Source of the DNA: an uncultured Chloroflexaceae bacterium
GTDB lineage: Bacteria; Chloroflexota; Chloroflexia; Chloroflexales; Chloroflexaceae
Direction of reading: 5' to 3'
Length of the DNA stretch: 64,000 nucleotides
Assembly: GCA_964592425.1 (NCBI GenBank)
Contig: CAZQCG010000004.1
Location: 74,257 to 138,256 of the forward strand
Below are positions 16,980 through 26,331 of this stretch, in pieces. Within the stretch, counting starts at the first letter, position 1, and each line of letters starts with the position of its first letter. The notes beneath the pieces were generated by a model, which saw only the letters and a program-made list of their open reading frames with translations, did not search any database and was not told the origin of the DNA. The translations under genes and the position numbers were made by a program.

Positions 16980-18842
16980 TCACGCCTCCACCTGGTGCCA
17001 GAGCATGACCCCGCTAGCAGGCAGGCCCGCCAAGGGCAGGTGGCCATGCGCTACACGGGCCTCGCTCCCAGAGAGCAAGTCGCGCAGGCTGGCACCGTCG
17101 GGCAGACCGGCATGGCGGACAGGCAGGGCCGTCAGGCCATCATCGGCGCGCCGGGCCACAATAAGCAAGCGCTCGCCAGGGGCCTCGCGCTGGAATGCAA
17201 GCGTATGGCCTTCGGCATAGACCTGCTGGAAGCCACCTTCGCTAAGGGCCAAGGATTGGCGGCGCAGGCGAGCCAGGCGCTGGACAAAGCCACGCAGGTC
17301 ATGATCCCAACTGCTTGCGTCCCAGGGCATACAGCTGCGTGAGCCAGGATCGGCCCCACCATTCAGGCCCACTTCGTCGCCGTAGTAGAGGCAGGGCACG
17401 CCCGGATAGGTGAAGAGCAGGACGAAGGCAATGCGCAGCAATTGGGGATCGTTGCGCAGAATCGTGCGCAGGCGCGGCGTGTCGTGGCTACCGAGCAGGT
17501 TGAACTGCTGCACCGTGATCGCCCAGGGCATCGCCGCCCGGAAGGCCGTCCATTGGGCTGCCACGGCGGCGCTATCCAGGGGCCGCCGGTCGGCCCAGGC
17601 CTGTTTCGTGATCAGGCCGTGGGACTGGCCGCTGAGCCAGTGCCAGATGGGGAAGGTAAAACCACGGTAGTTCATTGACGCATCAAGCTCGTCGCCCTGC
17701 AGATGGGGCGTACCGTCAAAGAAGTGCTCACCGATCAGATAAGCCTCAGGTGCCTCGGCCTTGATGGCCTGCCTGATGGCGCGCCCTAGCTCGTGGGCAT
17801 GCTGATCGGCCCCCTGACGCCCAAGCATATTGGCAACGTCGATGCGCCAGCCATCAATGGCATAGGGTGGGCGCAACCAGCGGCGCAAGATTGCCTCGGG
17901 GCCAGCATACATCAGCTGGCGCAACCGCTCACTGCGGTAGTTGAGCCGCGGCAGTGACGCTACCCCCAGCCAGCTTGCATACTGGTCGGGGTGGCGGCTG
18001 AAGCTGAAAAACTCGGCGCTCGGCGCATGCGGATCAGCCTGGGCCGCAGTAAACCAGGGGTGAGTCGCGCCACAGTGGTTAGGCACAATGTCGAGCATCA
18101 GGCGCATGGCACGTTCGCTCAGGGCCGTGCGCAACTCAACGAGGGCCTGATTACCGCCCAGGTGTGGATCAACCTGCTCATAGCTGGCAACATCATATTT
18201 ATGGTTGCTTGGTGCCGTAAAGATCGGGTTCAAGTAGAGGGCATTCACGCCCAGATCTTCCAGGTAATCAAGGCGCTGAACAATGCCCTGTAGGTCGCCG
18301 CCGAAAAACTCACGGCTACCGCTGGCTGGGTCGGGTGGGGTGCCCCAGGGACGGGCCAGCACGGGCTTGCCCGCATAACGATATTCAGCATCACGCACAT
18401 TGTTGTGCGGATCGCCATCACAGAAGCGGTCGGGAAAGATCTGGTAGAAGACAGCGCGACGTGCCCAGGCTGGCCCGTGCGCCCCGGCAAGCAACTGAAA
18501 ATCGTTGGCATCGGGCGGGTAGTAGCTAAGCGGCCCGGTGGCGTTATACCAGAGGTTGCCCTGAGCAGTGACCAGCAGGAAACGGTAGCTGTTGCGCGGC
18601 ATACTCAGGGGCATTTCGGCACGCCACCAGCGGCAGACTGGATCGTGCTCGGCGGCGACCATTGGTGTCATGGTCTCCTCGCCATCGGGGTAAGTGCGTA
18701 GCCAGACTGCATCGACCGGGGCATCATGGTCAACCCGCAGGCGCAGAGCAACCCGCGCGCCAAGCTGCCAATCAGTGGCCTGCACATAGAGCGGTGAGCC
18801 GTCGTGATGGATCGAGCGTGTCCAGTCAGGGGTCATTGCCAT
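16980..18842 (-). CDS. GH13 maltodextrin glucosidase / neopullulanase-type enzyme
   Basis: FYQIFPDRF, GGDLQG, DIVPNH, GWRIDVAN, GEH, SHD, YYGDEVG. Confidence 0.9.
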   Translation of the reverse strand: MAMTPDWTRSIHHDGSPLYVQATDWQLGARVALRLRVDHDAPVDAVWLRTYPDGEETMTPMVAAEHDPVCRWWRAEMPLSMPRNSYRFLLVTAQGNLWYNATGPLSYYPPDANDFQLLAGAHGPAWARRAVFYQIFPDRFCDGDPHNNVRDAEYRYAGKPVLARPWGTPPDPASGSREFFGGDLQGIVQRLDYLEDLGVNALYLNPIFTAPSNHKYDVASYEQVDPHLGGNQALVELRTALSERAMRLMLDIVPNHCGATHPWFTAAQADPHAPSAEFFSFSRHPDQYASWLGVASLPRLNYRSERLRQLMYAGPEAILRRWLRPPYAIDGWRIDVANMLGRQGADQHAHELGRAIRQAIKAEAPEAYLIGEHFFDGTPHLQGDELDASMNYRGFTFPIWHWLSGQSHGLITKQAWADRRPLDSAAVAAQWTAFRAAMPWAITVQQFNLLGSHDTPRLRTILRNDPQLLRIAFVLLFTYPGVPCLYYGDEVGLNGGADPGSRSCMPWDASSWDHDLRGFVQRLARLRRQSLALSEGGFQQVYAEGHTLAFQREAPGERLLIVARRADDGLTALPVRHAGLPDGASLRDLLSGSEARVAHGHLPLAGLPASGVMLWHQVEA

Positions 18843-18851
18843 GTCTTCGCT

Positions 18852-20357
18852 TCAGACAAGGGCGGCGCTAGCGGCGGCGATCCGTGCCAGGCTGCGCTCG
18901 CGCCCAAGGGCGGCGAGCATATCGAAGAGCGGCGGGGCAACGGTGCGCCCGCTGACCGCCACGCGCACGGTGCCGAAGAGTGGCCCCGGCTTGAAACCCT
19001 GTGCTTCGGCCAGGCTGCGCATAGCCGCCTCAAGCGCGGCAGGTTCCCAGTCATTGACGGCAGCCAGGGTGCTATGGGCCGCAGCGAGCAGCGCCTTAGT
19101 CTGGGGTGAGTCAAACTTCTTCGGCACGAGCAGGGTCGGGTCGTAGCCAGCGGGGCCAGGTACCAGGTCAAGGAAGAAGAAGTCAAGCAGGGCCGGGGCC
19201 TGGCTCAGTTCTTCCAGCCGCTCGTGGATGAGCGGGGTCAGACGCTGCACATAAGCCACCTCAGCCGCAGAGGGCGGGTCAACCACCAGGCCAGCCTGGA
19301 TCATAAAGGGCATGATCCGCTCGGCAACCTCGGCGGTGCTGAGTTTGCGGATGTAGATGCCGTTCATATCGCGCAGCTTATCGGGATTCCAGCGTGCTCC
19401 GCTTGGCTGCACCCGTTCGAGGCTGAAACGGGCGACAAGCTCCTCCCGGCTCATGATCTCCGTCTTATCGTCGTAGCTCCAGCCTTGGAGGGCAAGGTAG
19501 TTAAACATCGCCTCGGGCAGGTAGCCGCGCTCCCAGAAGCGGTTGGTAGATACATCGTCCTTGCGCTTGGAGAGCTTGCCGCGCCCATCCTGGCGCAGGA
19601 TGACCGGCAGGTGCGCAAAGGCGGGTACGCTCCAGCCGAAGGCATGGTAGAGCAGAACGTGGTAGGGAGTCGAAGGCACCCACTCCTCGGCGCGCATGAC
19701 ATGGGTGATGCCCATCAGGTGGTCATCAACCAGGTGGGCAAAGTGGTAGACGGGCATACCGGAGGCTTTGATCAGCACGATATCCTGCAACTGGTCGTGC
19801 TGCACCACAATTGCCTCGCCGCCGCGCACCAGATCGCTAAAGCGGGTCTCACCGCTGAGGGGAGTCTTGAGGCGCATCGTGTAGGGCTTACCGCTGGCGG
19901 CCAGTTCTCGCTGACGGGCAAGGGGCCAATCGCGTTCGGGGCCACGGAAGCGGAAGGACTTATAGCCACGCGCCTCGGCCTCGGCGCGCATGGCGACCAG
20001 TTCTTCCTCGGTGGTGAAGGACAGATAGGCCAGGCCAGCCTCGAGCAACTGCTGGCTGTAGGTGGCATAGAGGCCCAGATCGCTACGCTGGGACTGGACA
20101 TAGGGGGCGTGGGGGCCGCCGCAATCGGGGCCTTCGTCCCAATCGAGGCCGAGCCAGCGCAGGGAGGCGATGATATCGTCGGCGGCACCAGCAACGAAGC
20201 GTTTTTCGTCGGTATCTTCGAGGCGCAGGATAAACTGGCCACCGTAGTGGCGGGCGAAGAGCCAGTTAAAGAGGGCGGTACGCACGCCGCCGATATGCAG
20301 ATAGCCAGTCGGACTGGGTGCAAAACGCACTCGCACAGGCGCATCAGGCGCGATCAT
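18852..20357 (-). CDS. gltX: Glutamate--tRNA ligase
   Basis: RFAPSPTGYLHIG (HIGH) and KLSKR (KMSKS) motifs. Confidence 0.97.
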   Translation of the reverse strand: MIAPDAPVRVRFAPSPTGYLHIGGVRTALFNWLFARHYGGQFILRLEDTDEKRFVAGAADDIIASLRWLGLDWDEGPDCGGPHAPYVQSQRSDLGLYATYSQQLLEAGLAYLSFTTEEELVAMRAEAEARGYKSFRFRGPERDWPLARQRELAASGKPYTMRLKTPLSGETRFSDLVRGGEAIVVQHDQLQDIVLIKASGMPVYHFAHLVDDHLMGITHVMRAEEWVPSTPYHVLLYHAFGWSVPAFAHLPVILRQDGRGKLSKRKDDVSTNRFWERGYLPEAMFNYLALQGWSYDDKTEIMSREELVARFSLERVQPSGARWNPDKLRDMNGIYIRKLSTAEVAERIMPFMIQAGLVVDPPSAAEVAYVQRLTPLIHERLEELSQAPALLDFFFLDLVPGPAGYDPTLLVPKKFDSPQTKALLAAAHSTLAAVNDWEPAALEAAMRSLAEAQGFKPGPLFGTVRVAVSGRTVAPPLFDMLAALGRERSLARIAAASAALV

Positions 20358-20374
20358 AAGGGGGCTTTCTTTGG

Positions 20375-20941
20375 CTAGGAAGCCTGTTCCAGGCGCTCAA
20401 AGTGCTCATTGAGGGCCGCCAGCAGGGCGGCGGGATGCGGATAGACCTCGATCAAGTCAAGGTGAGTGGAGTGAATAAAACCATTGGCAACGGCGTGCTG
20501 GAAGAAGGCCAGGAGCGGGTCGTAGAAACCGGCACTGTTGAGCAGATAGATCGGGCGGTTGTGGTAGCGCAGTTGGCGGAGGGTAAGCGTCTCGACCAAC
20601 TCTTCGAGCGTCCCGAAGCCTCCGGGCATCGCGATAAAAGCATCGCTACGCTCGAACATGATCGCCTTGCGTTCGCGGAGCGTCTCGGTAACCACCAGCT
20701 CGGAGACGGCATCAAGACCCTGTTCACGCTCGAAGAGGGCACGAGGGATGACCCCGATCACGTTGCCACCGGCGGCAAGGGCGGCACGGGCGGCAATGCC
20801 CATCAGGCCGACCCCACCACCACCATAGACCAGGCACCAGCCGGAGTCGGCCAGGGCCGCACCAAGCTCTGCGGCAACTTCGGCATAGAGGGGATTATTA
20901 CCAGTGCGGGCACCGCAATAGAGACAGATCGTTCGCTGCAT
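20375..20941 (-). CDS. LOG-family nucleotide phosphoribohydrolase
   Basis: LVYGGGGVGLMG, RKAIM, PGGFGTLEE; ATG 20941 lies 6 nt after a TACAAT -10 box. Confidence 0.92.
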   Translation of the reverse strand: MQRTICLYCGARTGNNPLYAEVAAELGAALADSGWCLVYGGGGVGLMGIAARAALAAGGNVIGVIPRALFEREQGLDAVSELVVTETLRERKAIMFERSDAFIAMPGGFGTLEELVETLTLRQLRYHNRPIYLLNSAGFYDPLLAFFQHAVANGFIHSTHLDLIEVYPHPAALLAALNEHFERLEQAS

Positions 20942-21127
20942 AGGACTATTGTACACCAGACCGGGCGGCAGGGATACGGTCGGGGCGTTTGAGCTGGGCG
21001 GTCAGAAAATGCCAGGTAGTGCACAAGGCTCACCTGGCTGATTCACAGCATACAACAGGAGAATCAGGATACCCACTCGTTTAATCTACACGAGACTATA
21101 GAGATTTCGGTTTTTGCAGGAATAATC

Positions 21128-21233
21128 GTACTACAAAGCCAAAAGATTACGAGAAGATTACAAAGATTACAAAAACATTACCGTTTATGTCAATATTAAA
21201 CTTGCCCCGAGAGAATAATACTATTTGTAGTAC
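21128..21233. promoter_or_regulatory. AT-rich regulatory array: four AA(G/C)ATTAC direct repeats inside a 10-bp inverted repeat
   Basis: AAGATTAC at 21143, 21154, 21163; AACATTAC at 21174; GTACTACAAA 21128-21137 and TTTGTAGTAC 21224-21233. Confidence 0.55.
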
Positions 21234-21409
21234 TAACTATCTCAGGAAAGAGTAGTTCTTTTATTCACAAAAGGATGTACCCACGACATATATAAGAAAG
21301 GAGAACCAGCCTTTATACTTGACGCAACAAGGCGCTCACAGGACCAGAGCCGTGCATAGCTTATCAAAGGGTTACAGTGGGTAACCTCCAGCTTCGGAGT
21401 AGTAGCACT

Positions 21410-22180
21410 ATGACATACGCTGCTTATAACGCCTGGAAAACGACGCCGATCGAGCATGAGCCGCACCTTTCGATTGTCATTCCGGCCTACAACGAAGCCG
21501 AGCGCATCGTTCCGACGATCGGGGCGATCGCCGCGCACGTTGCCGGGATGGGCTTCCCCTGGGAGTTGATCATCGCCGATGACGGTTCCCGCGACGAGAC
21601 AGTGGCCCTGGTGGAAGAGTTGGGGCTGGTCAATCTGCGCTTGCTGCGCACGGCGACGAACGGGGGCAAGGGCAGTGCGGTGCGCCGGGGGGTGCTAGCG
21701 GCGCAGGGCCGCTACATTCTTTTCGATGACGCCGACAACTCGACGCCGATTGAAGAGATCAGCAAGCTGCTAGCGAAGCTCGAGCAGGAGGGCTATGACG
21801 TTGCCGTCGGCTCGCGAGCAGCAGGTGGGACGGAAGAGGCCCATAAGAGCCTGTTGCGCCGCACGCTGAGCGGTGGCCTACGCTGGATCGTGCGCTACGT
21901 CTTTCGTATTGGTGTGCGCGATACCCAGTGCGGTTTCAAGCTCTTCACCCGCGAGGCAGCCCATCGGCTCTATGCCGCCCAGACGATCACAGGCTTCTCT
22001 TTTGACCTGGAGATCCTCTACCTGGCCGAGCGGTTGGGCTACCGCGTTGCCGAAGTGCCGGTCGCCTGGATTGATGCGCCCGGCTCCAAAGTGGATACCA
22101 CCCGCGAGATCCAGCGCTTTCTGCGTGATCTGGTGCGGATCAAGATGAACGACCTACGCGGAGTCTACGCCCACGCCTGA
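21410..22180 (+). CDS. GT2 polyprenol-phosphate hexose synthase-like glycosyltransferase
   Basis: SIVIPAYNE, ADDGSRD, NGGKG.AVR.G, DAD, DTQCGFK; GGAG RBS before ATG 21410. Confidence 0.9.
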   Translation: MTYAAYNAWKTTPIEHEPHLSIVIPAYNEAERIVPTIGAIAAHVAGMGFPWELIIADDGSRDETVALVEELGLVNLRLLRTATNGGKGSAVRRGVLAAQGRYILFDDADNSTPIEEISKLLAKLEQEGYDVAVGSRAAGGTEEAHKSLLRRTLSGGLRWIVRYVFRIGVRDTQCGFKLFTREAAHRLYAAQTITGFSFDLEILYLAERLGYRVAEVPVAWIDAPGSKVDTTREIQRFLRDLVRIKMNDLRGVYAHA

Positions 22181-22222
22181 GCCGCTTCATCCGTTCCATC
22201 GCAAAGTGAAAAGGGCCTAGCT

Positions 22223-23458
22223 ATGCGCATCGCGATTGTCTCGCCTTACCCGCCCAGTGCCGGTTCGCTCAACGAGTACGCCTTTCACTTCATCCGCTTT
22301 TTGCGGCAGAAGCCGGAGGTAGACGAAGTCATCGTCTTGAGCGATAGCCTGCCCGCTGGCCAGCGTTACCCCAGCGAACCGGACCGACAGCCCGGCCTGG
22401 CCCCCCTGCGCGTGCTGTCCTGCTGGCGTTTCGGCGCCCTCGACAATGCGCTGCGGATTATGCGTGCGGCAAACGAGTTGAAGCCCGACGTGGTGGTCTT
22501 CAACATCCAGTTCGCCTCTTTCGGTAGCTCCAAGCCAGCGGCGGCCCTGGGGCTGTTGACCCCAGCGCTGGTGCGGGCCAAAGGCATCGCCACGATTGTG
22601 CTGCTGCACAACATTATGGAGACGGTTGACCTGAAGAGTGCTGGCTTCGGGGCCAATCCCGTGGTCGAGAAGCTGATCCGTACCTTTGGGACGCTCACCA
22701 CGCGCATGTTGCTGCGTGCCGATCTGCTGGCGGTCACGATCCCACGCTATGTCGAAATCCTTGAGCAGAAGTACGGGGCCCAAAACGTGCTGCTGGCCCC
22801 CCACGGGGCCTTCGACGAAGCACCGCCGCCCTCCTTCGAGCAGCCACCCGGCCCTTTGCAGATCATGACCTTCGGCAAGTTCGGCACCTATAAGAAGGTT
22901 GAGCCGCTGATTACTGCTTTTCGGCTGTTGCAGGGCGGAGCGCACGATCTGGAACTGGTGATCGCTGGCACTGATAGCCCGAACGCGCCCGGCTATCTGG
23001 AGAGTGTGCGCCAGGCCAATGCCGACCTGCAGGGGCTGCGCTTCACTGGCTATGTCGCCGAAGAAGATGTGCCGCGCATCTTCCAGGAGGCCAGTGTGGT
23101 TGTCTTCCCCTACACCAGCACCACCGGCAGCTCGGGAGTGTTGCACCAGGCTGGCAACTACGGGCGGGCGGTCGTCTTACCGCAGCTGGGCGACCTGGCC
23201 GAGTTGATTGCTGAAGAGGGCTACACCGGCGAGTTTTTTGAGCCCGATCAGCCAGCCAGCCTGGCCACCGCGATTGCGCGCCTGCTTGATGACCCGGCCT
23301 ACCGCCGGGCGATGGGAACCCAAAACTACCTGGCCGCCTGTGGTCTGCCGATGAGCGAGGTGGTCGAGTGGTACCTGCTGCATGCCCATCAACTGCTGAA
23401 AAACCGTGCCACCCGACGCGGCCCTGCGGGCGCAGCCAGTGGGCTGGCACGCCATTGA
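22223..23458 (+). CDS. GT4 (GT-B) glycosyltransferase
   Basis: FGKFGTYK, FTGYVAEE, VVFPYTSTTGSSG. Confidence 0.88.
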   Translation: MRIAIVSPYPPSAGSLNEYAFHFIRFLRQKPEVDEVIVLSDSLPAGQRYPSEPDRQPGLAPLRVLSCWRFGALDNALRIMRAANELKPDVVVFNIQFASFGSSKPAAALGLLTPALVRAKGIATIVLLHNIMETVDLKSAGFGANPVVEKLIRTFGTLTTRMLLRADLLAVTIPRYVEILEQKYGAQNVLLAPHGAFDEAPPPSFEQPPGPLQIMTFGKFGTYKKVEPLITAFRLLQGGAHDLELVIAGTDSPNAPGYLESVRQANADLQGLRFTGYVAEEDVPRIFQEASVVVFPYTSTTGSSGVLHQAGNYGRAVVLPQLGDLAELIAEEGYTGEFFEPDQPASLATAIARLLDDPAYRRAMGTQNYLAACGLPMSEVVEWYLLHAHQLLKNRATRRGPAGAASGLARH

Positions 23459-23473
23459 CGAAAGGCTCCTCCG

Positions 23474-23797
23474 ATGGCGCTTACCACACGCACGTCCGGC
23501 AAGGTGACCGTCCTGGAACTGAAGGGCCGCTTTGACGCCCATGTGGCCCCTGCCGTACTCGAATGGTACGGTCAGATGCGCAGCCCCTACATCGTAGTCA
23601 ACCTGGCCGGGGTCAACTTTATCGACTCGAGTGCCCTGGCCGCCCTGGCTGGTGGCATGAAACGTTGTCGCCAACATGATGGTGACCTGCGCCTCTGCGC
23701 ACTCCAACAGCCGGTACAGGTCATCTTTGAGCTGACACGTATGAACCGGGCTTTTGCAATCTTTGCCAGCGAAGCTGAGGCGGTGGCTTCTTTTTAA
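23474..23797 (+). CDS. STAS anti-sigma-factor antagonist (RsbV-like) 1
   Basis: LKGRFD, FIDSSAL with phosphorylatable Ser. Confidence 0.93.
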   Translation: MALTTRTSGKVTVLELKGRFDAHVAPAVLEWYGQMRSPYIVVNLAGVNFIDSSALAALAGGMKRCRQHDGDLRLCALQQPVQVIFELTRMNRAFAIFASEAEAVASF

Positions 23798-23826
23798 CAG
23801 CCATACTGCTAATAAGGGCATCCTAA

Positions 23827-25131
23827 ATGAGTGCTATCCCTGTACGAGAGAGCGCAGGGCTCCGCTTCCAGAGCGAAGTTGAGGCGCGACTGCGCCTTCA
23901 ACTCCGCCAGGCCGAGGGGGAGATCGAGCAACTAGCCGGTCAGCTTGTAGAGACCCAGGATCTGCTCCTGGCAATGTACGAGCTCTCCCGGGCAACCCGC
24001 AGCCAGATCGGCATGGCTGAGACCCTGCGCAACCTCACGCGGGAGGCAACACGCCTTGTGAATGTGCAGGGTGCAGTGCTGGCAGTTGGCCCGACGGTGA
24101 TTCAATATCCGTCCGGTATGATCGACGATCAAAGTTTGCACCGGCTGATCGAGATAAGCCGCCACTATCCCGGCCAACTCGCCCTTGATGCCTCCCAGGG
24201 CAGCTTACCGGCTGGCCTGGCCAATCTCTGCCTGATGCCGATGCAGATCCTTGGCCAGACCGAGGCCGTGCTTGGGCTGTTGAACCGCGAAGGTGGCTTC
24301 AGGGCCCCTGAGCTCAAACTGGCCCAGGCGATTGCCGAGCAAGCTGGCGCCCATATCGAACACGCCCTGCTCCACCAGGAGACGCTCGACCAGGCCCGGC
24401 TGCAGGCCGAGATGGCCGTGGCCCGGCGGGTGCAACTGCAACTACTGCCGCAGGGTCGCCCGCATACCGCTAGCCTGGACTTCTACGCCGAGTCGCGCCC
24501 GGCCCTGCATGTGGGCGGCGATTTCTACGACTTTGTGGAAGAGCCGGGCCGCCCGTTACTGCTGATGCTCGGCGATGTGGCGGGCAAAGGCATCTCGGCG
24601 GCAATGATTATGGGCCTGATCCACACCGCTAGCCGGATCGCGGCCCGCTTTATGCCCAATCCGACCCCGGCCTCGGTGCTCAGGCGCACCAATATCGATC
24701 TCTACGAAGAGCTGACCCTGCTTGATGCCTTCACCACGGCCTTCACTGTCCAGTACGAGCCGGAGCAACAGCGCATTTGCTACGCCAACGCTGGCCATGC
24801 GCCAGTGATCTTCCGCCCGCCGGAGGGGCCAGCGCGTATGCTCGAAGCCGATGGGGTGCCGATTGGTGTCTTGCCAATGACCCTCAGCGAAGACTATTAC
24901 CTTGATTTTCCGCCCGGTGCACTGCTGGTCGTTACGACTGACGGCTTCAGTGAGGCGCGTGACTTTGCTGGCCAACTCTTCGGTTATGAGCGGCTGATCG
25001 ATCTGGTTGACGCCCTAGCCGATCGTTCAGCCCAGGCTATCGGCCAGAGTCTCTACAAGGCGATTAACGACTATTCGGCGGGACAACCCCAGGATGACGA
25101 CCAGACCCTGCTGGTCATCAAGGGAGTTTGA
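23827..25131 (+). CDS. GAF + PP2C/SpoIIE phosphatase (RsbU-like)
   Basis: Coiled coil and GAF-like N-terminus; GGDFYD, GDVAGKG, TDGFSE, DDQT. Confidence 0.93.
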   Translation: MSAIPVRESAGLRFQSEVEARLRLQLRQAEGEIEQLAGQLVETQDLLLAMYELSRATRSQIGMAETLRNLTREATRLVNVQGAVLAVGPTVIQYPSGMIDDQSLHRLIEISRHYPGQLALDASQGSLPAGLANLCLMPMQILGQTEAVLGLLNREGGFRAPELKLAQAIAEQAGAHIEHALLHQETLDQARLQAEMAVARRVQLQLLPQGRPHTASLDFYAESRPALHVGGDFYDFVEEPGRPLLLMLGDVAGKGISAAMIMGLIHTASRIAARFMPNPTPASVLRRTNIDLYEELTLLDAFTTAFTVQYEPEQQRICYANAGHAPVIFRPPEGPARMLEADGVPIGVLPMTLSEDYYLDFPPGALLVVTTDGFSEARDFAGQLFGYERLIDLVDALADRSAQAIGQSLYKAINDYSAGQPQDDDQTLLVIKGV

Positions 25132-25559
25132 TCGTGAAAGCACACACCGACGAGCTCCGGCTTGATCTGCCGGCAGACAACAAATACCTCAATGTCGTCG
25201 GGGCCTGTCTTGAAGCCTTCATCGAGCGGATCGACCATCTGGAAGATGCGCATAGTACCGCCTACAACATCCAGCTCGCGGTCAACGAGATCTTCGCCAA
25301 CATTGTTGTGCATGCCTATGAAGGCATGGTGGGGCAACGCATCGGTATGACGATCCGGCTGATCCCTGGCCCACGTCGGCTGCTGGTTGAACTGGCCGAT
25401 ACCGGCAATCCCTTCGACCCAAGCCTGGTGCCTGAGCCGAATCTTGAGGATGTGCAGATCCACGGCTACGGCCTCTTCCTCGCCCGCAACCTGATGGATG
25501 ACGTGAGCTATACGCGGCATCCCGACGGCAATACCTGGCAGCTGATCAAGCATCTGTAG
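25128..25559 (+). CDS. RsbW-like anti-sigma factor / Ser kinase
   Basis: AVNEIFANIVVHAY, DTGNPFDP, GYGLFL. Confidence 0.92.
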   Translation: MIVKAHTDELRLDLPADNKYLNVVGACLEAFIERIDHLEDAHSTAYNIQLAVNEIFANIVVHAYEGMVGQRIGMTIRLIPGPRRLLVELADTGNPFDPSLVPEPNLEDVQIHGYGLFLARNLMDDVSYTRHPDGNTWQLIKHL

Positions 25560-25572
25560 GAGTCAGCCCATT

Positions 25573-25911
25573 ATGGATCTTAACCTACGTGAACACCTTG
25601 TGCGTACCGTCGTGATTACCCCACAGCAGCGGATCGATGCCTTTAATGCCCCCGATCTGCGGGCAGCCCTGGATCAGCAACTCGAGCGTGGCGTGAATCG
25701 CTTTGTGCTTGACCTGTCGGCCGTGCCGTTTCTCGATAGTGCGGGCATGGCAGTGCTGGTGCGGCTGCTCAAGCGCGCCCGTGAGCATGGCGGCGATGTG
25801 CGCCTGGTCTGGCCCAACGAAGAAGCCGCACGGCGGATCATCAAGCTGACCAAGTTCGACCGGGTCTTCACCATGGCCGAAAGCGCTGAAGCAGCACTCG
25901 TCAATTTTTGA
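25573..25911 (+). CDS. STAS anti-sigma-factor antagonist (RsbV-like) 2
   Basis: RIDAFNA, FLDSAGM. Confidence 0.93.
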   Translation: MDLNLREHLVRTVVITPQQRIDAFNAPDLRAALDQQLERGVNRFVLDLSAVPFLDSAGMAVLVRLLKRAREHGGDVRLVWPNEEAARRIIKLTKFDRVFTMAESAEAALVNF

Positions 25912-25918
25912 GGCAGCT

Positions 25919-26317
25919 ATGGCCAGCATCCTGGTAGTAGACGATTCAGCGGTGATCCGGCACATCCTCGGCTATACGCTTAAGCGCGAGGGCTATGACG
26001 TGACTGCGGTCAGTAGCGGTCAGGAAGCCCTTGCGCACCTGGCAAATACGGTGGTTGACCTGGCAATTGTCGATCTGGACATGCCGGAGATGAATGGGAT
26101 TGCGCTGTTACAGGCGATCCGTGCTGAGGAGCAACTGGCCCCGGTGCAACTGATTATGTTGACTGCCAGTGGGCAGGATCAGGATCGCCTTAAGGCCGAG
26201 GCCGCCGGGGTCAACAGTTTTCTGACCAAGCCAGCCAGTTCGCGTGACTTGCTCGACGCGGTCGGGCAGGTGCTTGAGCAGGCCGGGCGTAGTGATGAGG
26301 TACACCCACCAGCCTGA
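25919..26317 (+). CDS. Single-domain response regulator
   Basis: ILVVDDS, VDLDMP, MLTA, LTKP. Confidence 0.93.
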   Translation: MASILVVDDSAVIRHILGYTLKREGYDVTAVSSGQEALAHLANTVVDLAIVDLDMPEMNGIALLQAIRAEEQLAPVQLIMLTASGQDQDRLKAEAAGVNSFLTKPASSRDLLDAVGQVLEQAGRSDEVHPPA

Positions 26318-26331
26318 AAGTTGCAAGGGTC

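Noticed and set aside
21040-21400. Possible oriC (AT-rich, TTATTCACA at 21261-21269, dnaB nearby)
   Set aside because: Only one DnaA-box match and no dnaA/dnaN; a promoter region explains it better.
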